Positions 28,411 to 37,970 of a DNA stretch of 64,000 nt are shown in pieces. The stretch comes from an uncultured Brevinematales bacterium. Lineage in GTDB: Bacteria; Spirochaetota; Brevinematia; Brevinematales; JAOACQ01. The notes under the pieces are model-generated. The model ran no database searches. It saw nothing but the letters and a program-made list of their open reading frames with translations, and was not told the DNA's origin. Every line of letters begins with the position of its first letter. Position 1 is the first letter of the stretch. Location of the stretch: contig CAYPRX010000106.1 of assembly GCA_964413265.1 (NCBI GenBank), forward strand, positions 2,048 to 66,047, given 5' to 3'. A program made the position numbers and the translations under genes.

Positions 28411-29259
28411 ATGGTTAGAAGCATTTTTACAGGTGCGAGCGGAATGATGGTTACGATGGAGGAATTGAACACCGTCGCCAATAATCTTGCAAATGTCAAT
28501 ACTGACGGATATAAAAAAGAGACTACGGTCACCAAGGCATTTCCTGAAATGCTGATACGGAGACAGAATGACGATGGCCAGGTAAGGTTTCCTCTCGGTA
28601 GTTATGACCTGGCGCCGGTAGTGGGTAAGCTGGGAACAGGTGTCGAATTTAATGAATCATATATAAGGTTTGAACAGGGAAGCCTTATGGAAACATCGAA
28701 TGATTTTGATTTAGCCCTTGACGGGAATGGATTTTTCACGGTAATGACTGATGAGGGTGAAAGATATACCAGAAACGGAAATTTTAAAATTGATAATGCG
28801 GGTTATCTTACAGATATGCATGGGAATAAACTAGTAGGAGAAAACGGGTATATTTTACTTGAAAGAAACAACTTTCAAATAGATAAAGACGGGAATGTTT
28901 ATGAAAACCTTGATTATAAACCCGGCGATTTTGTCGATAAAACCGGCAACGAATGGAAGAACATGGCGAAGATCGACAGACTGAAAATCGTAGATTTTCC
29001 TGAAAGGCGTTACCTTCAAAAGGAGGGTTATACTATGTACAGGGAAAGCGATTTTTCAGGTCATGCGGTGGTGATTGAGGGTAATTCAAGGGCCCAGGTT
29101 CACCAGGGGTTTTTAGAAAAATCAAATGTAGACCCCGTTATTGAGATGACTAGAATGATAGAAATTAACCGCCTTTATGAAGCAAATCAGAGGGTGATTC
29201 AGACAGCTGATGATACCCTATCAAGAGCCGTCAATCAGGTCGGCAGGGGATTGGCTTAG
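28411..29259 (+). CDS. Flagellar basal-body rod protein (FlgF/FlhO type)
   Basis: ANNLANVNTDGYK, YTRNGNF, LEKSNVDPVIEM; start 28411 with GGAGG RBS. Confidence 0.88.
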   Translation: MVRSIFTGASGMMVTMEELNTVANNLANVNTDGYKKETTVTKAFPEMLIRRQNDDGQVRFPLGSYDLAPVVGKLGTGVEFNESYIRFEQGSLMETSNDFDLALDGNGFFTVMTDEGERYTRNGNFKIDNAGYLTDMHGNKLVGENGYILLERNNFQIDKDGNVYENLDYKPGDFVDKTGNEWKNMAKIDRLKIVDFPERRYLQKEGYTMYRESDFSGHAVVIEGNSRAQVHQGFLEKSNVDPVIEMTRMIEINRLYEANQRVIQTADDTLSRAVNQVGRGLA

Positions 29260-29274
29260 GCTTGCATACTTCCC

Positions 29275-29303
29275 TTGAGAAAAATAACGCTGAATGCTAA
29301 AAT
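29275..29303 (+). promoter_or_regulatory. sigma70 promoter of the gcv operon
   Basis: TTGAGA-17bp-TAAAAT. Confidence 0.55.
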
Positions 29304-29375
29304 ATTCCAGTAAAAGTTTGTTTGAAAAAGTATTGGGGAAAATATCGGCACGGGCAGTTTTCATAAGGGATAAAA

Positions 29376-30467
29376 ATGCATGGCCTTTTAAGGACGCCTC
29401 TCTACAATGAACATTTAAGCCTCAAAGCCGCTATGGCTGAATTCGGAGGATGGGAAATGCCCATCCAGTATTCGGGCATTCTTTCGGAGCATGAGGCATG
29501 CCGCAAATCAGCCGCTCTTTTCGATATCTGCCATATGGGTGAATTTTACTTTCAGGACGACATAGAGAAAAGCGGAATCGAAAATGCTGTAAGTGTCAGG
29601 ATCTCCAGTATTCCTGTGGGTCGATGCAGGTATATGATGATGCTTTCTGATAATGGAGGCATCCTTGACGATCTGATAATTTACAGGCTTTCCACTGATA
29701 AGCTGATGATCGTTGTTAATGCAGTGACCAGGGATAATGATTTCCGCCATATTAAAACTTTTCTGAAATCACCGTCAGCATTAAGTGATATTTCTGAGGA
29801 AACATCAAAGCTGGATCTACAGGGTCCGTTATCCAGAGATGTGCTTAGCCATGCAGTTGGAGGTAGCATTGAAAATTTAAAATACTACTCTTTTGCAAAA
29901 TTCGTTTTCACAGGGGATGAGGTCCTGATCAGCAGGACGGGTTATACTGGAGAACTCGGCTATGAGATTTACATAAACAGTGGTAAGGTTTCTGATTTGT
30001 GGAAAAATCTGCTGAAAGATTCGAGAGTAAAACCTGCCGGGCTCGGTGCTCGCGATATTCTAAGACTTGAAGTCGGTTACAGCCTTTACGGGCATGAGTT
30101 AGGGGAATGGACTAATCCAATTGAAGCAGGCCTGGAATCCTATATTGATTATTCTAAGGATTTTATGGGTAAAAATGCACTTCTGAAGCTCAGGAAGGAG
30201 GAGTTGAAGAAGCGGAAGATCGCCTTTGCGGCAAAAAGCCGCCGTACCCCCAGGGAGGGTTATAGTATATTTTCCGGACAAGATATGATAGGCAATGTTA
30301 CGAGCGGAGTTTTTTCACCGGAACTAACAGTCGGGATCGGGCTGGGTTATGTCAGGCCTGAATTCTCGAAACCGGGAGAAAAGCTTTTAATAAAGCATGA
30401 ACATATAGAGATTGAGGCTGAAACAGTAGAATTGCCTTTTTATAAAAACGGCTCTTTGAGAATATAG
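29376..30467 (+). CDS. gcvT: Glycine cleavage T protein
   Basis: FGGWEMPIQY, FDICHMG, SRTGYTGELGYE, GLGARDILRLE. Confidence 0.96.
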   Translation: MHGLLRTPLYNEHLSLKAAMAEFGGWEMPIQYSGILSEHEACRKSAALFDICHMGEFYFQDDIEKSGIENAVSVRISSIPVGRCRYMMMLSDNGGILDDLIIYRLSTDKLMIVVNAVTRDNDFRHIKTFLKSPSALSDISEETSKLDLQGPLSRDVLSHAVGGSIENLKYYSFAKFVFTGDEVLISRTGYTGELGYEIYINSGKVSDLWKNLLKDSRVKPAGLGARDILRLEVGYSLYGHELGEWTNPIEAGLESYIDYSKDFMGKNALLKLRKEELKKRKIAFAAKSRRTPREGYSIFSGQDMIGNVTSGVFSPELTVGIGLGYVRPEFSKPGEKLLIKHEHIEIEAETVELPFYKNGSLRI

Positions 30468-30475
30468 GGGAGGGT

Positions 30476-30853
30476 TTGATGAATGTTTATTTCACCAAAG
30501 ATCATGAATGGATCAGGATTGAGGGCGGTACAGGTATAATCGGCATTACGGAATATGCTGCAAATCAGTTAGGTGATATTACTTTTGTAGAACTTCCAAA
30601 AACAGGCAAAGCCGTAAAAGCTGGTGACATACTTTGCTCTATCGAATCGGTTAAGGCCGCGAGTGATGTTTTTTCCCCGCTTTCCGGTGTTGTCGATAGG
30701 GTTAACAACAGCCTTGAGAAAGACCCAGGCCTTGTTAACCGGGATCCGGAACATGAGGGCTGGATAGCAAGTTTGAAGCTTGCAGATCCTGCGGAAAAAT
30801 CTGTTCTAATGGACAGACAGTATTACGATTCATTTATCAAAGGGCTCATATGA
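30476..30853 (+). CDS. gcvH: Glycine cleavage H protein
   Basis: HEW, ESVKAASD lipoyl-lysine motif. Confidence 0.96.
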   Translation: MMNVYFTKDHEWIRIEGGTGIIGITEYAANQLGDITFVELPKTGKAVKAGDILCSIESVKAASDVFSPLSGVVDRVNNSLEKDPGLVNRDPEHEGWIASLKLADPAEKSVLMDRQYYDSFIKGLI

Positions 30854-32166
30854 ATTATTTCCAGAATTCCAGCCTTGAAACATGCAGTATGCTCAAAGAG
30901 ATTGGCTTAAATTCGATTGAAGAGCTTTTTTCATCGATTCCCGATGATCTCAGAACGAAAAAATTCGATATCCCTAACGGCAGAGCCGAGTCCGAAGTAG
31001 TCAATTTACTTGAGAAATATTCAAATGAAAATATTTCCAATTACTGTTCTTTTTTGGGCGGAGGGGTTTATGAACATTATATTCCAGCAGCTGTAAGCTT
31101 TCTTGCGGGGAGGTCCGAGTTTTATACCGCTTATACACCCTATCAGCCGGAATGTTCCCAGGGCACGCTCCAGGCTCTTTTTGAATACCAGACAGTTATG
31201 TGTGAGCTAACCGGCATGGATGTCTCAAATGCCTCCCTTTATGACGGGGCAAGCGCCCTTGCTGAAGCTGCACTTATGGCCGTTAGGGCGACAGGCAGAT
31301 CACTCATCCTTACAGATGCAGGTGTTAACCCGTTTTACATGCGGGTTTTAAAGACCTATCTTTCAAACCGATCAATTCGCTTGAACGGGCTAAAGTCTAG
31401 AATCCAGCCGGACGGGGTCGTTCCTGACAGTGATACGGCTGCAGTAATCGTCCAAAACCCGGATTTTTTTGGAAGCGTCATGGATTTTACGGAATTGGCT
31501 GGCATAACACATAAACAGGGATCACTTTTAATAATGTCAGTTTACCCGCTGTCTCTCGGGATTTTAAAAAAACCGTCGGAAATGGATGCGGATATAGCTG
31601 TAGGGGACGGGCAGAGCCTCGGTATACCTCTCAGCTTTGGCGGACCGTCATTCGGGTTTATAACATCGAAAAAAGAGCTGCTCAGGAACCTTCCTGGCAG
31701 GATTGTAGGTGAAACAACTGACAGGCAAGGAAGAAGGGGTTTTGTTTTGACCCTCCAGGCAAGGGAACAACATATAAGGAGGCAAAAGGCAACTTCGAAT
31801 ATATGCTCAAACCAGAGCCTCTGCGCTATACGCGCCGTTATATACCTTTCCCTGCTTGGGAAGGAAGGGTTCAGGGAACTCTCAGAACTGAATTACAGGA
31901 AATCGGAATTCCTGAAAGGACTCATTAAAGGTATTAAAAATGTTAATATCTATAATAATTCCCCCACATTTAACGAGTTTACAATTGAACTACCGGTTAA
32001 GGCGGATGAAGTGGAGAAGAAGATGAGAGCCAAGGGCTTTTTAGCCGGTTTTCCTCTCGGAAGGCTATATCCAGGTATGGAAAATTTAATGCTCTCTGCG
32101 GTTACTGAAATGAGGACCAGGTCAGATATGGAGGCCTACTCTTCATTTCTAGAGGATTCTTTATGA
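30850..32166 (+). CDS. gcvPA: Glycine dehydrogenase subunit 1
   Basis: EFYTAYTPYQPECSQG, REQHIRRQKATSNICSNQ. Confidence 0.96.
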   Translation: MNYFQNSSLETCSMLKEIGLNSIEELFSSIPDDLRTKKFDIPNGRAESEVVNLLEKYSNENISNYCSFLGGGVYEHYIPAAVSFLAGRSEFYTAYTPYQPECSQGTLQALFEYQTVMCELTGMDVSNASLYDGASALAEAALMAVRATGRSLILTDAGVNPFYMRVLKTYLSNRSIRLNGLKSRIQPDGVVPDSDTAAVIVQNPDFFGSVMDFTELAGITHKQGSLLIMSVYPLSLGILKKPSEMDADIAVGDGQSLGIPLSFGGPSFGFITSKKELLRNLPGRIVGETTDRQGRRGFVLTLQAREQHIRRQKATSNICSNQSLCAIRAVIYLSLLGKEGFRELSELNYRKSEFLKGLIKGIKNVNIYNNSPTFNEFTIELPVKADEVEKKMRAKGFLAGFPLGRLYPGMENLMLSAVTEMRTRSDMEAYSSFLEDSL

Positions 32167-33620
32167 ATAAGATGGAAAAGCTTATTTTCGAAAAATCTGT
32201 CCCGGGCAGAAAAGGCCTGAGAATTCCCTCTGCTGATGTACCCCGGACAAAAGGTCTTCCCGCTGAACTTTTATCATCTATAGATTCAAAGCTTCCTGAG
32301 GTAAGTGAACAGGATGTTGTGCGCCATTATACCAGGCTTTCGCGTCTGAATTTTTCCGTTGACACTGAATTTTATCCGCTCGGTTCATGTACCATGAAAT
32401 ATAACCCGAAAGTTCTTGAAAAAGTAGCTGAACTACCCGGCTTTCAGTTTATCCATCCTCTTCTGTGCTACCTTGAAGGGGGTGAAGGGCTTGTGCAGGG
32501 ATGCCTTGCCGTAATCCATGAGCTCGAAGTTCTCATAGCGGAGATTACTGGAATGGACAGCGTCACAACGTCCCCTATGGCGGGGGCTCAGGGAGAAATG
32601 ACCGGCATACTCATTATATCTGCTTATCATAAGAAGAGGGGAAATAATAAGAAATATGTGATTGTACCCGATTCATCACATGGGACAAACCCTGCAAGCG
32701 CTGTGATGGCAGGTTATGAGATTATTACTGTACCGAGCCTTAAAAACGGCGAGATGGATATAGAAGAATTTAAAAAGGTATTGAATGGTGAAACAGCTGC
32801 AGTTATGATGACATGTCCGAACACACTAGGTATTTTTGAAACCAGGATAGGCGAGATCGCAAGGCTTGCACACAATGCTGGGGCGCTTATGTATTACGAT
32901 GGTGCTAATTTAAACGCTATAATGGGAAAGGTTAAACCCGGGGAAGCTGGATTTGATGTAGTTCATGTCAACCTGCATAAAACTTTCGGAACTCCTCATG
33001 GCGGGGGAGGACCCGGTTCCGGTCCTGTAGGGGTAAAAAAGGAGCTTGCCGAATTTCTTCCCGCTCCTGTAATAAAAAAAAACCGGTCAGGAAACTATTC
33101 GCTATTACCTGAAAACGATAATTGCATTGGAAGGGTGGCTGGATTTTTCGGGAATTTCGGGGTTCTGGTTAAAGCCTATGCTTATATTCTCCTCCTCGGA
33201 AGGGAGGGGCTGATAAACGTTTCAGAGCAGGCTGTGCTCAATGCAAATTATATCAGGGAAAAATTAAAAGGGTATTATTACCTGCCATATGACAGGATTT
33301 GTATGCATGAATGTGTTTTTTCAGCTGAAAAGCAGTTACCCAATGGAGTGCATGCAATTGACATAGCCAAGGGGCTTATCGAAAAAGGCATACATCCTCC
33401 TACGGTTTATTTTCCGCTTATTGTAAAAGAATCTATGATGATAGAACCTACGGAGACTGAGAACAGGGAAACCCTGGATAATTTTATAAGTGCAATGAAG
33501 GATATAGCAGAAACAGCGATCCGGGCACCGGAAAAGCTTCTTTCTGCGCCAGTCAATACCCCTGTAACAAGGCTGGATGAAACGAAGGCGGCACGCGAGA
33601 CAAGATTATGTTTCGGGTAG
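32163..33620 (+). CDS. gcvPB: Glycine dehydrogenase subunit 2
   Basis: PLGSCTMKYNP, HGTNPASA, NLHKTFGTPHGGGGPG. Confidence 0.96.
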   Translation: MNKMEKLIFEKSVPGRKGLRIPSADVPRTKGLPAELLSSIDSKLPEVSEQDVVRHYTRLSRLNFSVDTEFYPLGSCTMKYNPKVLEKVAELPGFQFIHPLLCYLEGGEGLVQGCLAVIHELEVLIAEITGMDSVTTSPMAGAQGEMTGILIISAYHKKRGNNKKYVIVPDSSHGTNPASAVMAGYEIITVPSLKNGEMDIEEFKKVLNGETAAVMMTCPNTLGIFETRIGEIARLAHNAGALMYYDGANLNAIMGKVKPGEAGFDVVHVNLHKTFGTPHGGGGPGSGPVGVKKELAEFLPAPVIKKNRSGNYSLLPENDNCIGRVAGFFGNFGVLVKAYAYILLLGREGLINVSEQAVLNANYIREKLKGYYYLPYDRICMHECVFSAEKQLPNGVHAIDIAKGLIEKGIHPPTVYFPLIVKESMMIEPTETENRETLDNFISAMKDIAETAIRAPEKLLSAPVNTPVTRLDETKAARETRLCFG

Positions 33621-33695
33621 ATTTGTATTAATTTTACTTTTGTATTAGAATCTTCCGGTGTCAAGTGTTAACAAAACAAGGGGAGGAACCTGCTG

Positions 33696-34454
33696 ATGCT
33701 GCCTCAAACGGTTAACTTACTCGGTATAAAAATAAGTCTCACAAACAGGGAGGAGTTAAAAGAATGCCTTATCCAGACCATCTATGACAAGGAAAGGTTC
33801 CGGATATTGATGCTTGATGAAAAAATTATGTTTTTCTCTTTATTCAATCATGAGCTTCAACAGATAATTAATAGAACTGAAATCATAATCTGCTCTTCAC
33901 AAACCGTTTCCTGGATTGTCAGAATGCTGACAGGCAAAATAGTACAGGTGATTATGCCTGTTACCATATTCCTTGACCTCATGCGTGTAGCAGACGAGAT
34001 GAATTATACTGTCTTCCTGTTCGGGGGGACAAAAAACGTAGCGCTTGAAACAATTAAGAGAATACGGAAATCTTTTGTCCAGGCAAGAATCGTCGGAAGT
34101 TACAGGTCCAATATCAGAAGACAGGAGCTTCAGGATGTCCTGGTTACTATAAGGAAGAGCTCGCCGCAGATCTTTATTGCAGGTTACAGTTCTGGTCCCA
34201 CACAGGAAAAATGGATCTCAAAAAATTTCGGCTACTACCAGGGAGCGGTGACTGTAGGGGTTGGAAATTCATTTAAAGTTATAGCCGGCAGGAAAAAAAT
34301 GCCGCCGATCTGGTTCCAGAAAAAGGGATGGAACGGATTATATACCACCCTCCTTCATCCTTATAACATCTTTAGATTTTTCAGGATCATCATTCTGGTT
34401 TTGATCACCCTTTTTCTTAAATTAAAAAGTAAAATAGTAAGAAAACCCTTATGA
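33696..34454 (+). CDS. WecB/TagA/CpsF family glycosyltransferase, divergent
   Basis: VFLFGG, IVGSY, PTQEKWI, GVGNSFKVIAG..PIWFQKKG. Confidence 0.75.
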   Translation: MLPQTVNLLGIKISLTNREELKECLIQTIYDKERFRILMLDEKIMFFSLFNHELQQIINRTEIIICSSQTVSWIVRMLTGKIVQVIMPVTIFLDLMRVADEMNYTVFLFGGTKNVALETIKRIRKSFVQARIVGSYRSNIRRQELQDVLVTIRKSSPQIFIAGYSSGPTQEKWISKNFGYYQGAVTVGVGNSFKVIAGRKKMPPIWFQKKGWNGLYTTLLHPYNIFRFFRIIILVLITLFLKLKSKIVRKPL

Positions 34455-35497
34455 AACAGGTGATTAAAACAGTTTTTCTTGAAAAAGACAGATTATTTAT
34501 CATCGATCAAAGGTTCCTTCCTCAGTCTGAAAAAATCATCGAGCTGAAAAATGAATCAGAGGTTTATGAAGCGATCCGGAATCTTTCAGTCAGGGGAGCA
34601 CCAGCAATAGGGATCACGGCGGCTTATGGAGCCTATGTCTCTCTTGCCTCTTATTCCTCCATAAAAGATATTGAGGAATACAAGGAGAAAGGGAGGGAAA
34701 TACTGGAATTTATAGGAAGGAGCAGACCGACGGCATATAATCTTTTTTATGTCATAAAGAAATTCAAGGCTATTCTGGATAAGAGTCATGGCACGGATGA
34801 AATTCTAACCGAGTGGAAAAGGGAGGCTTTTGAAATTCACCGGGAAGATTTGTTTAAATCTGATGAGATAGCGAAATACGGCTCTCCCGTAATTGGTGAA
34901 AATGCAAAGATAATTACTCACTGCAATGCTGGCGGACTTGCGACGGGGGGTAACGGGACTGCACTCTCTGTGATATTTAAAGCCCATGAAGAGGGGAAGC
35001 GGGTCTTCGTTTATGCCTGCGAAACGAGGCCTATGCTCCAGGGTTCGCGTCTGACTGCATGGGAGCTTGAAAAAACCGGAGTGCCTTATAAACTCATTTG
35101 CGATAATATGGCCGCCTCTATCATGGCAAAAGAGGAAATAGACCTTGTTATTGTAGGAGCCGACAGAATCGCGCTCAATGGTGATTTTGCTAACAAAATC
35201 GGCACTTATTCTCTTGCCGTGCTGGCCAAATATCATGGGGTTCCTTTTTATACAGCCGCTCCTCTAACGACGTTTGACCCTGACATTGAAAATGGAGATC
35301 TTATTCCAATTGAAGAACGGGATATCGAAGAGGTTACGAAATTCAGGGGAATTTATACTGCCCCTGAAAACGCGAATGCTTATAACCCCGCTTTTGATGT
35401 CACCCCTAACAGACTGCTTACCGGGATAATCACTGAATGCGGGATTATTTATCCGCCATTTGATGAAAAAATACGAGAAGCAGTTAAAGGTAACTGA
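34451..35497 (+). CDS. mtnA: S-methyl-5-thioribose-1-phosphate isomerase
   Basis: VRGAPAIG, THCNAGGLAT, ETRPMLQGSRLT, NKIGTY, NPAFDVTP. Confidence 0.95.
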   Translation: MKQVIKTVFLEKDRLFIIDQRFLPQSEKIIELKNESEVYEAIRNLSVRGAPAIGITAAYGAYVSLASYSSIKDIEEYKEKGREILEFIGRSRPTAYNLFYVIKKFKAILDKSHGTDEILTEWKREAFEIHREDLFKSDEIAKYGSPVIGENAKIITHCNAGGLATGGNGTALSVIFKAHEEGKRVFVYACETRPMLQGSRLTAWELEKTGVPYKLICDNMAASIMAKEEIDLVIVGADRIALNGDFANKIGTYSLAVLAKYHGVPFYTAAPLTTFDPDIENGDLIPIEERDIEEVTKFRGIYTAPENANAYNPAFDVTPNRLLTGIITECGIIYPPFDEKIREAVKGN

Positions 35498-35498
35498 T

Positions 35499-36647
35499 AT
35501 GACTTTAAAAAAAACTATGGATCTGGGTATTATAATAGGAGAGAACAGCTATAATTTTTTGTCTTTCGATGAGTATGTGGAGCATTTCCTGCTTCCTTTT
35601 TCTCCCCGCTTCTGTAATATTGATTTTGCCATCAGCTCGCTTTCGTCAATACAGGTCAAAAATATCGTTGTGTTCGTTAAAAGAGATAAGGACATAGTTC
35701 AAAATTATCTTGTTAGGGGGTGGCCTCAGATAAAATTTTATGTTTTCGATTACCTGGATATAGTGGAGAAATTCTCATCATTTTTGTCAGATTTTTCCAG
35801 GGAACATTCTCTTGAGGGTATAATCATCCTTAAAGGGAACTATCCTATCTGGTTTGATATAAAGACCCTGAGAGATGAGCTGGAAAAAAATATCAATCTT
35901 GCCATCAAATACAGTTATAATTTAAAAAATTATTATTCCGGACTTGTCGTGGATAAGAATATATTTATCAAGAAATATGAAAGCTTCCTTCTAGATGAAA
36001 ACAGCCTTGATATCGATGTTATGGGAAAAATCATCAAGGAATTCGATATCAGATCGGTCGATGCCAAGGGTTATATAATGCCCTTCAGCAGTCTTATGGA
36101 ATATTATAATACGCATATCGGCATGATCGACGATTATCTGGTGCTGGACCTGTATAATGCTTATGTTCCGGTCAACAGGAGTTTATCTGTTATCAGTTCT
36201 TCCATGTTCGGCCGCGGATCATATGTTATAAATTCTATAGTGGGAGAAAACGTGGATCTGTACGGCAGGGTCGAGAATTCAATAATTTTCTCCAATGTCA
36301 GGGTGGACAGGCATGCTTTTATTAAGAATTCACTGATTCTGCCCGGCAATCATATTGGTCACAATGCATTTATTATTAATTCCATCATTGACGAGTATTC
36401 CGGAGACAGCTCCATTCCGACAATCGAACCCTATGCTTCCATAGGGTCAGAAAAAGCCACGAAGGTCAGCAAGGAATTCCCCGAGATCCTCAATTTTGGA
36501 GTGACGCTGATTGGAAAGGATGTGAGGGTCCCATCTAATATGAAGATCGGCGGGAACTGTTTTGTTGACAGTTTTATCCCTCTCCAGCTTTTAAGACAGA
36601 AAAAAGTCTTGAAGGACGGGGAAACCCTTCATGCTAAAGAAAAATAG
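35499..36647 (+). CDS. GlgC/GlgD-like protein with degenerate nucleotidyltransferase domain and beta-helix
   Basis: LLPFSPRFCNIDFAISSL, GRVENSIIFSNVRV, GVTLIGK; no glycine-rich loop. Confidence 0.7.
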   Translation: MTLKKTMDLGIIIGENSYNFLSFDEYVEHFLLPFSPRFCNIDFAISSLSSIQVKNIVVFVKRDKDIVQNYLVRGWPQIKFYVFDYLDIVEKFSSFLSDFSREHSLEGIIILKGNYPIWFDIKTLRDELEKNINLAIKYSYNLKNYYSGLVVDKNIFIKKYESFLLDENSLDIDVMGKIIKEFDIRSVDAKGYIMPFSSLMEYYNTHIGMIDDYLVLDLYNAYVPVNRSLSVISSSMFGRGSYVINSIVGENVDLYGRVENSIIFSNVRVDRHAFIKNSLILPGNHIGHNAFIINSIIDEYSGDSSIPTIEPYASIGSEKATKVSKEFPEILNFGVTLIGKDVRVPSNMKIGGNCFVDSFIPLQLLRQKKVLKDGETLHAKEK

Positions 36648-36683
36648 ATGATTTTCAAGAGTCATACCATGTGAATTCTATCA

Positions 36684-37967
36684 TTATTTATTAAAAGGAT
36701 ATGCTATTTTTCCGCCCGCTATAGTGTATTCTACCTTTCCGTAAAAACTCATACCCATAAAGGCACTGTTTTTCGATTTTGATACTATATTTTCTCTTTC
36801 AACTTTGATTGTCCTGCGGGGATGGAACACTGTTATATCCGCCCTGCTGCCCGCCTTCATCGATAAGCTTTCTATTCCGAGAATCCTGGAAGGACCAGCA
36901 GAGACCATCTGTAGCCAATCGAGGATTTTAAGGCCTTTATTCCTCACTAGTTGGGTGTATGTCGATGCCAGGAACGTTTCCAGGCCGATGGTTCCGAAAG
37001 CGGCCGATTCGAAAGATCCATTTTTATCTTCATCTGTATGAGGGGCATGGTCTGTCGCAATTGCATCAATTATGCCTCCTCGCAGTGCGTCCTCTATTGC
37101 CTGTCTGTCATCTTCGGGACGGAGCGGGGGATTCATCTTCTTGTTTGTATCAAGATTTTTAATCAGGTCCTCTTCAGAAAGCAGGAGATGGTGGGGGGTC
37201 GTGTCGCAGGTTATGCTTCCCGGATAGTATTTTTTAAGCATACCAACCGCTTCAGCGGATTTTCTCGTTGAAATATGAGTAAAATGGACCCGAGCACCGG
37301 ACAAGCCGGCAATGGAACCAAGGGTCCATATGGCCAGGCTTTCGGCTTCGGCAGGCTGACCCGGCATACCATATTTTCCGGGGAGTTCACCATAACTGAC
37401 GGAGCTTTTTTTCGACAGAGCTCTTATCTCAGGATGTTCAATCAGAAGGACTTTTTCCGCTGCCGATAAGCGGCATAGTTCAGCCATGACTGCAATTTCC
37501 TGAATGCTCGAACCGTCATCTGTAAAAGCAGCGCACCCAGCCTCTCTATTCTTTGCGATATCTACTGGAATAAGTCCTTCCCTTTTTATTGTCATACATG
37601 AAGCAAATAATATTGAAACCGGTGAAATAAGAGCAGCCTTTTTAACCAATGATCTTATTATATCAGGGTTATCAAGGGGGGGAATCGTATTAGGCATAAC
37701 AAGGATTGTTGTTATTCCTCCCCTGGCTGCAGCCCTAGACCCCGATTCAAGGTTTTCCTTTTGAGTTTCACCTGGTTCTCTGAGGTGTGCGTGCATATCG
37801 ACAAGTCCAGGTATAACGAACATTGATCCAGCGTCAATCGATTTTTCACCTGAGACATTTATACAGGGAGATATTTTTATTATCCTTCCATCTTTAATCA
37901 GGATATCAAGTTTCTTTCCGTCTATCTTTTCTTTACAGTCGAATATAACTCCGTTTTTAATTACCAT
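36684..37967 (-). CDS. pyrC: Dihydroorotase
   Basis: DMHAHLREPG, MPNTIP, TPHHL, KMNPPLR, ATDHAPH. Confidence 0.94.
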   Translation of the reverse strand: MVIKNGVIFDCKEKIDGKKLDILIKDGRIIKISPCINVSGEKSIDAGSMFVIPGLVDMHAHLREPGETQKENLESGSRAAARGGITTILVMPNTIPPLDNPDIIRSLVKKAALISPVSILFASCMTIKREGLIPVDIAKNREAGCAAFTDDGSSIQEIAVMAELCRLSAAEKVLLIEHPEIRALSKKSSVSYGELPGKYGMPGQPAEAESLAIWTLGSIAGLSGARVHFTHISTRKSAEAVGMLKKYYPGSITCDTTPHHLLLSEEDLIKNLDTNKKMNPPLRPEDDRQAIEDALRGGIIDAIATDHAPHTDEDKNGSFESAAFGTIGLETFLASTYTQLVRNKGLKILDWLQMVSAGPSRILGIESLSMKAGSRADITVFHPRRTIKVERENIVSKSKNSAFMGMSFYGKVEYTIAGGKIAYPFNK

Positions 37968-37970
37968 AGA

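Noticed and set aside
29260-29375. Glycine riboswitch before gcvT
   Set aside because: The leader is about 65 nt with no aptamer motifs.
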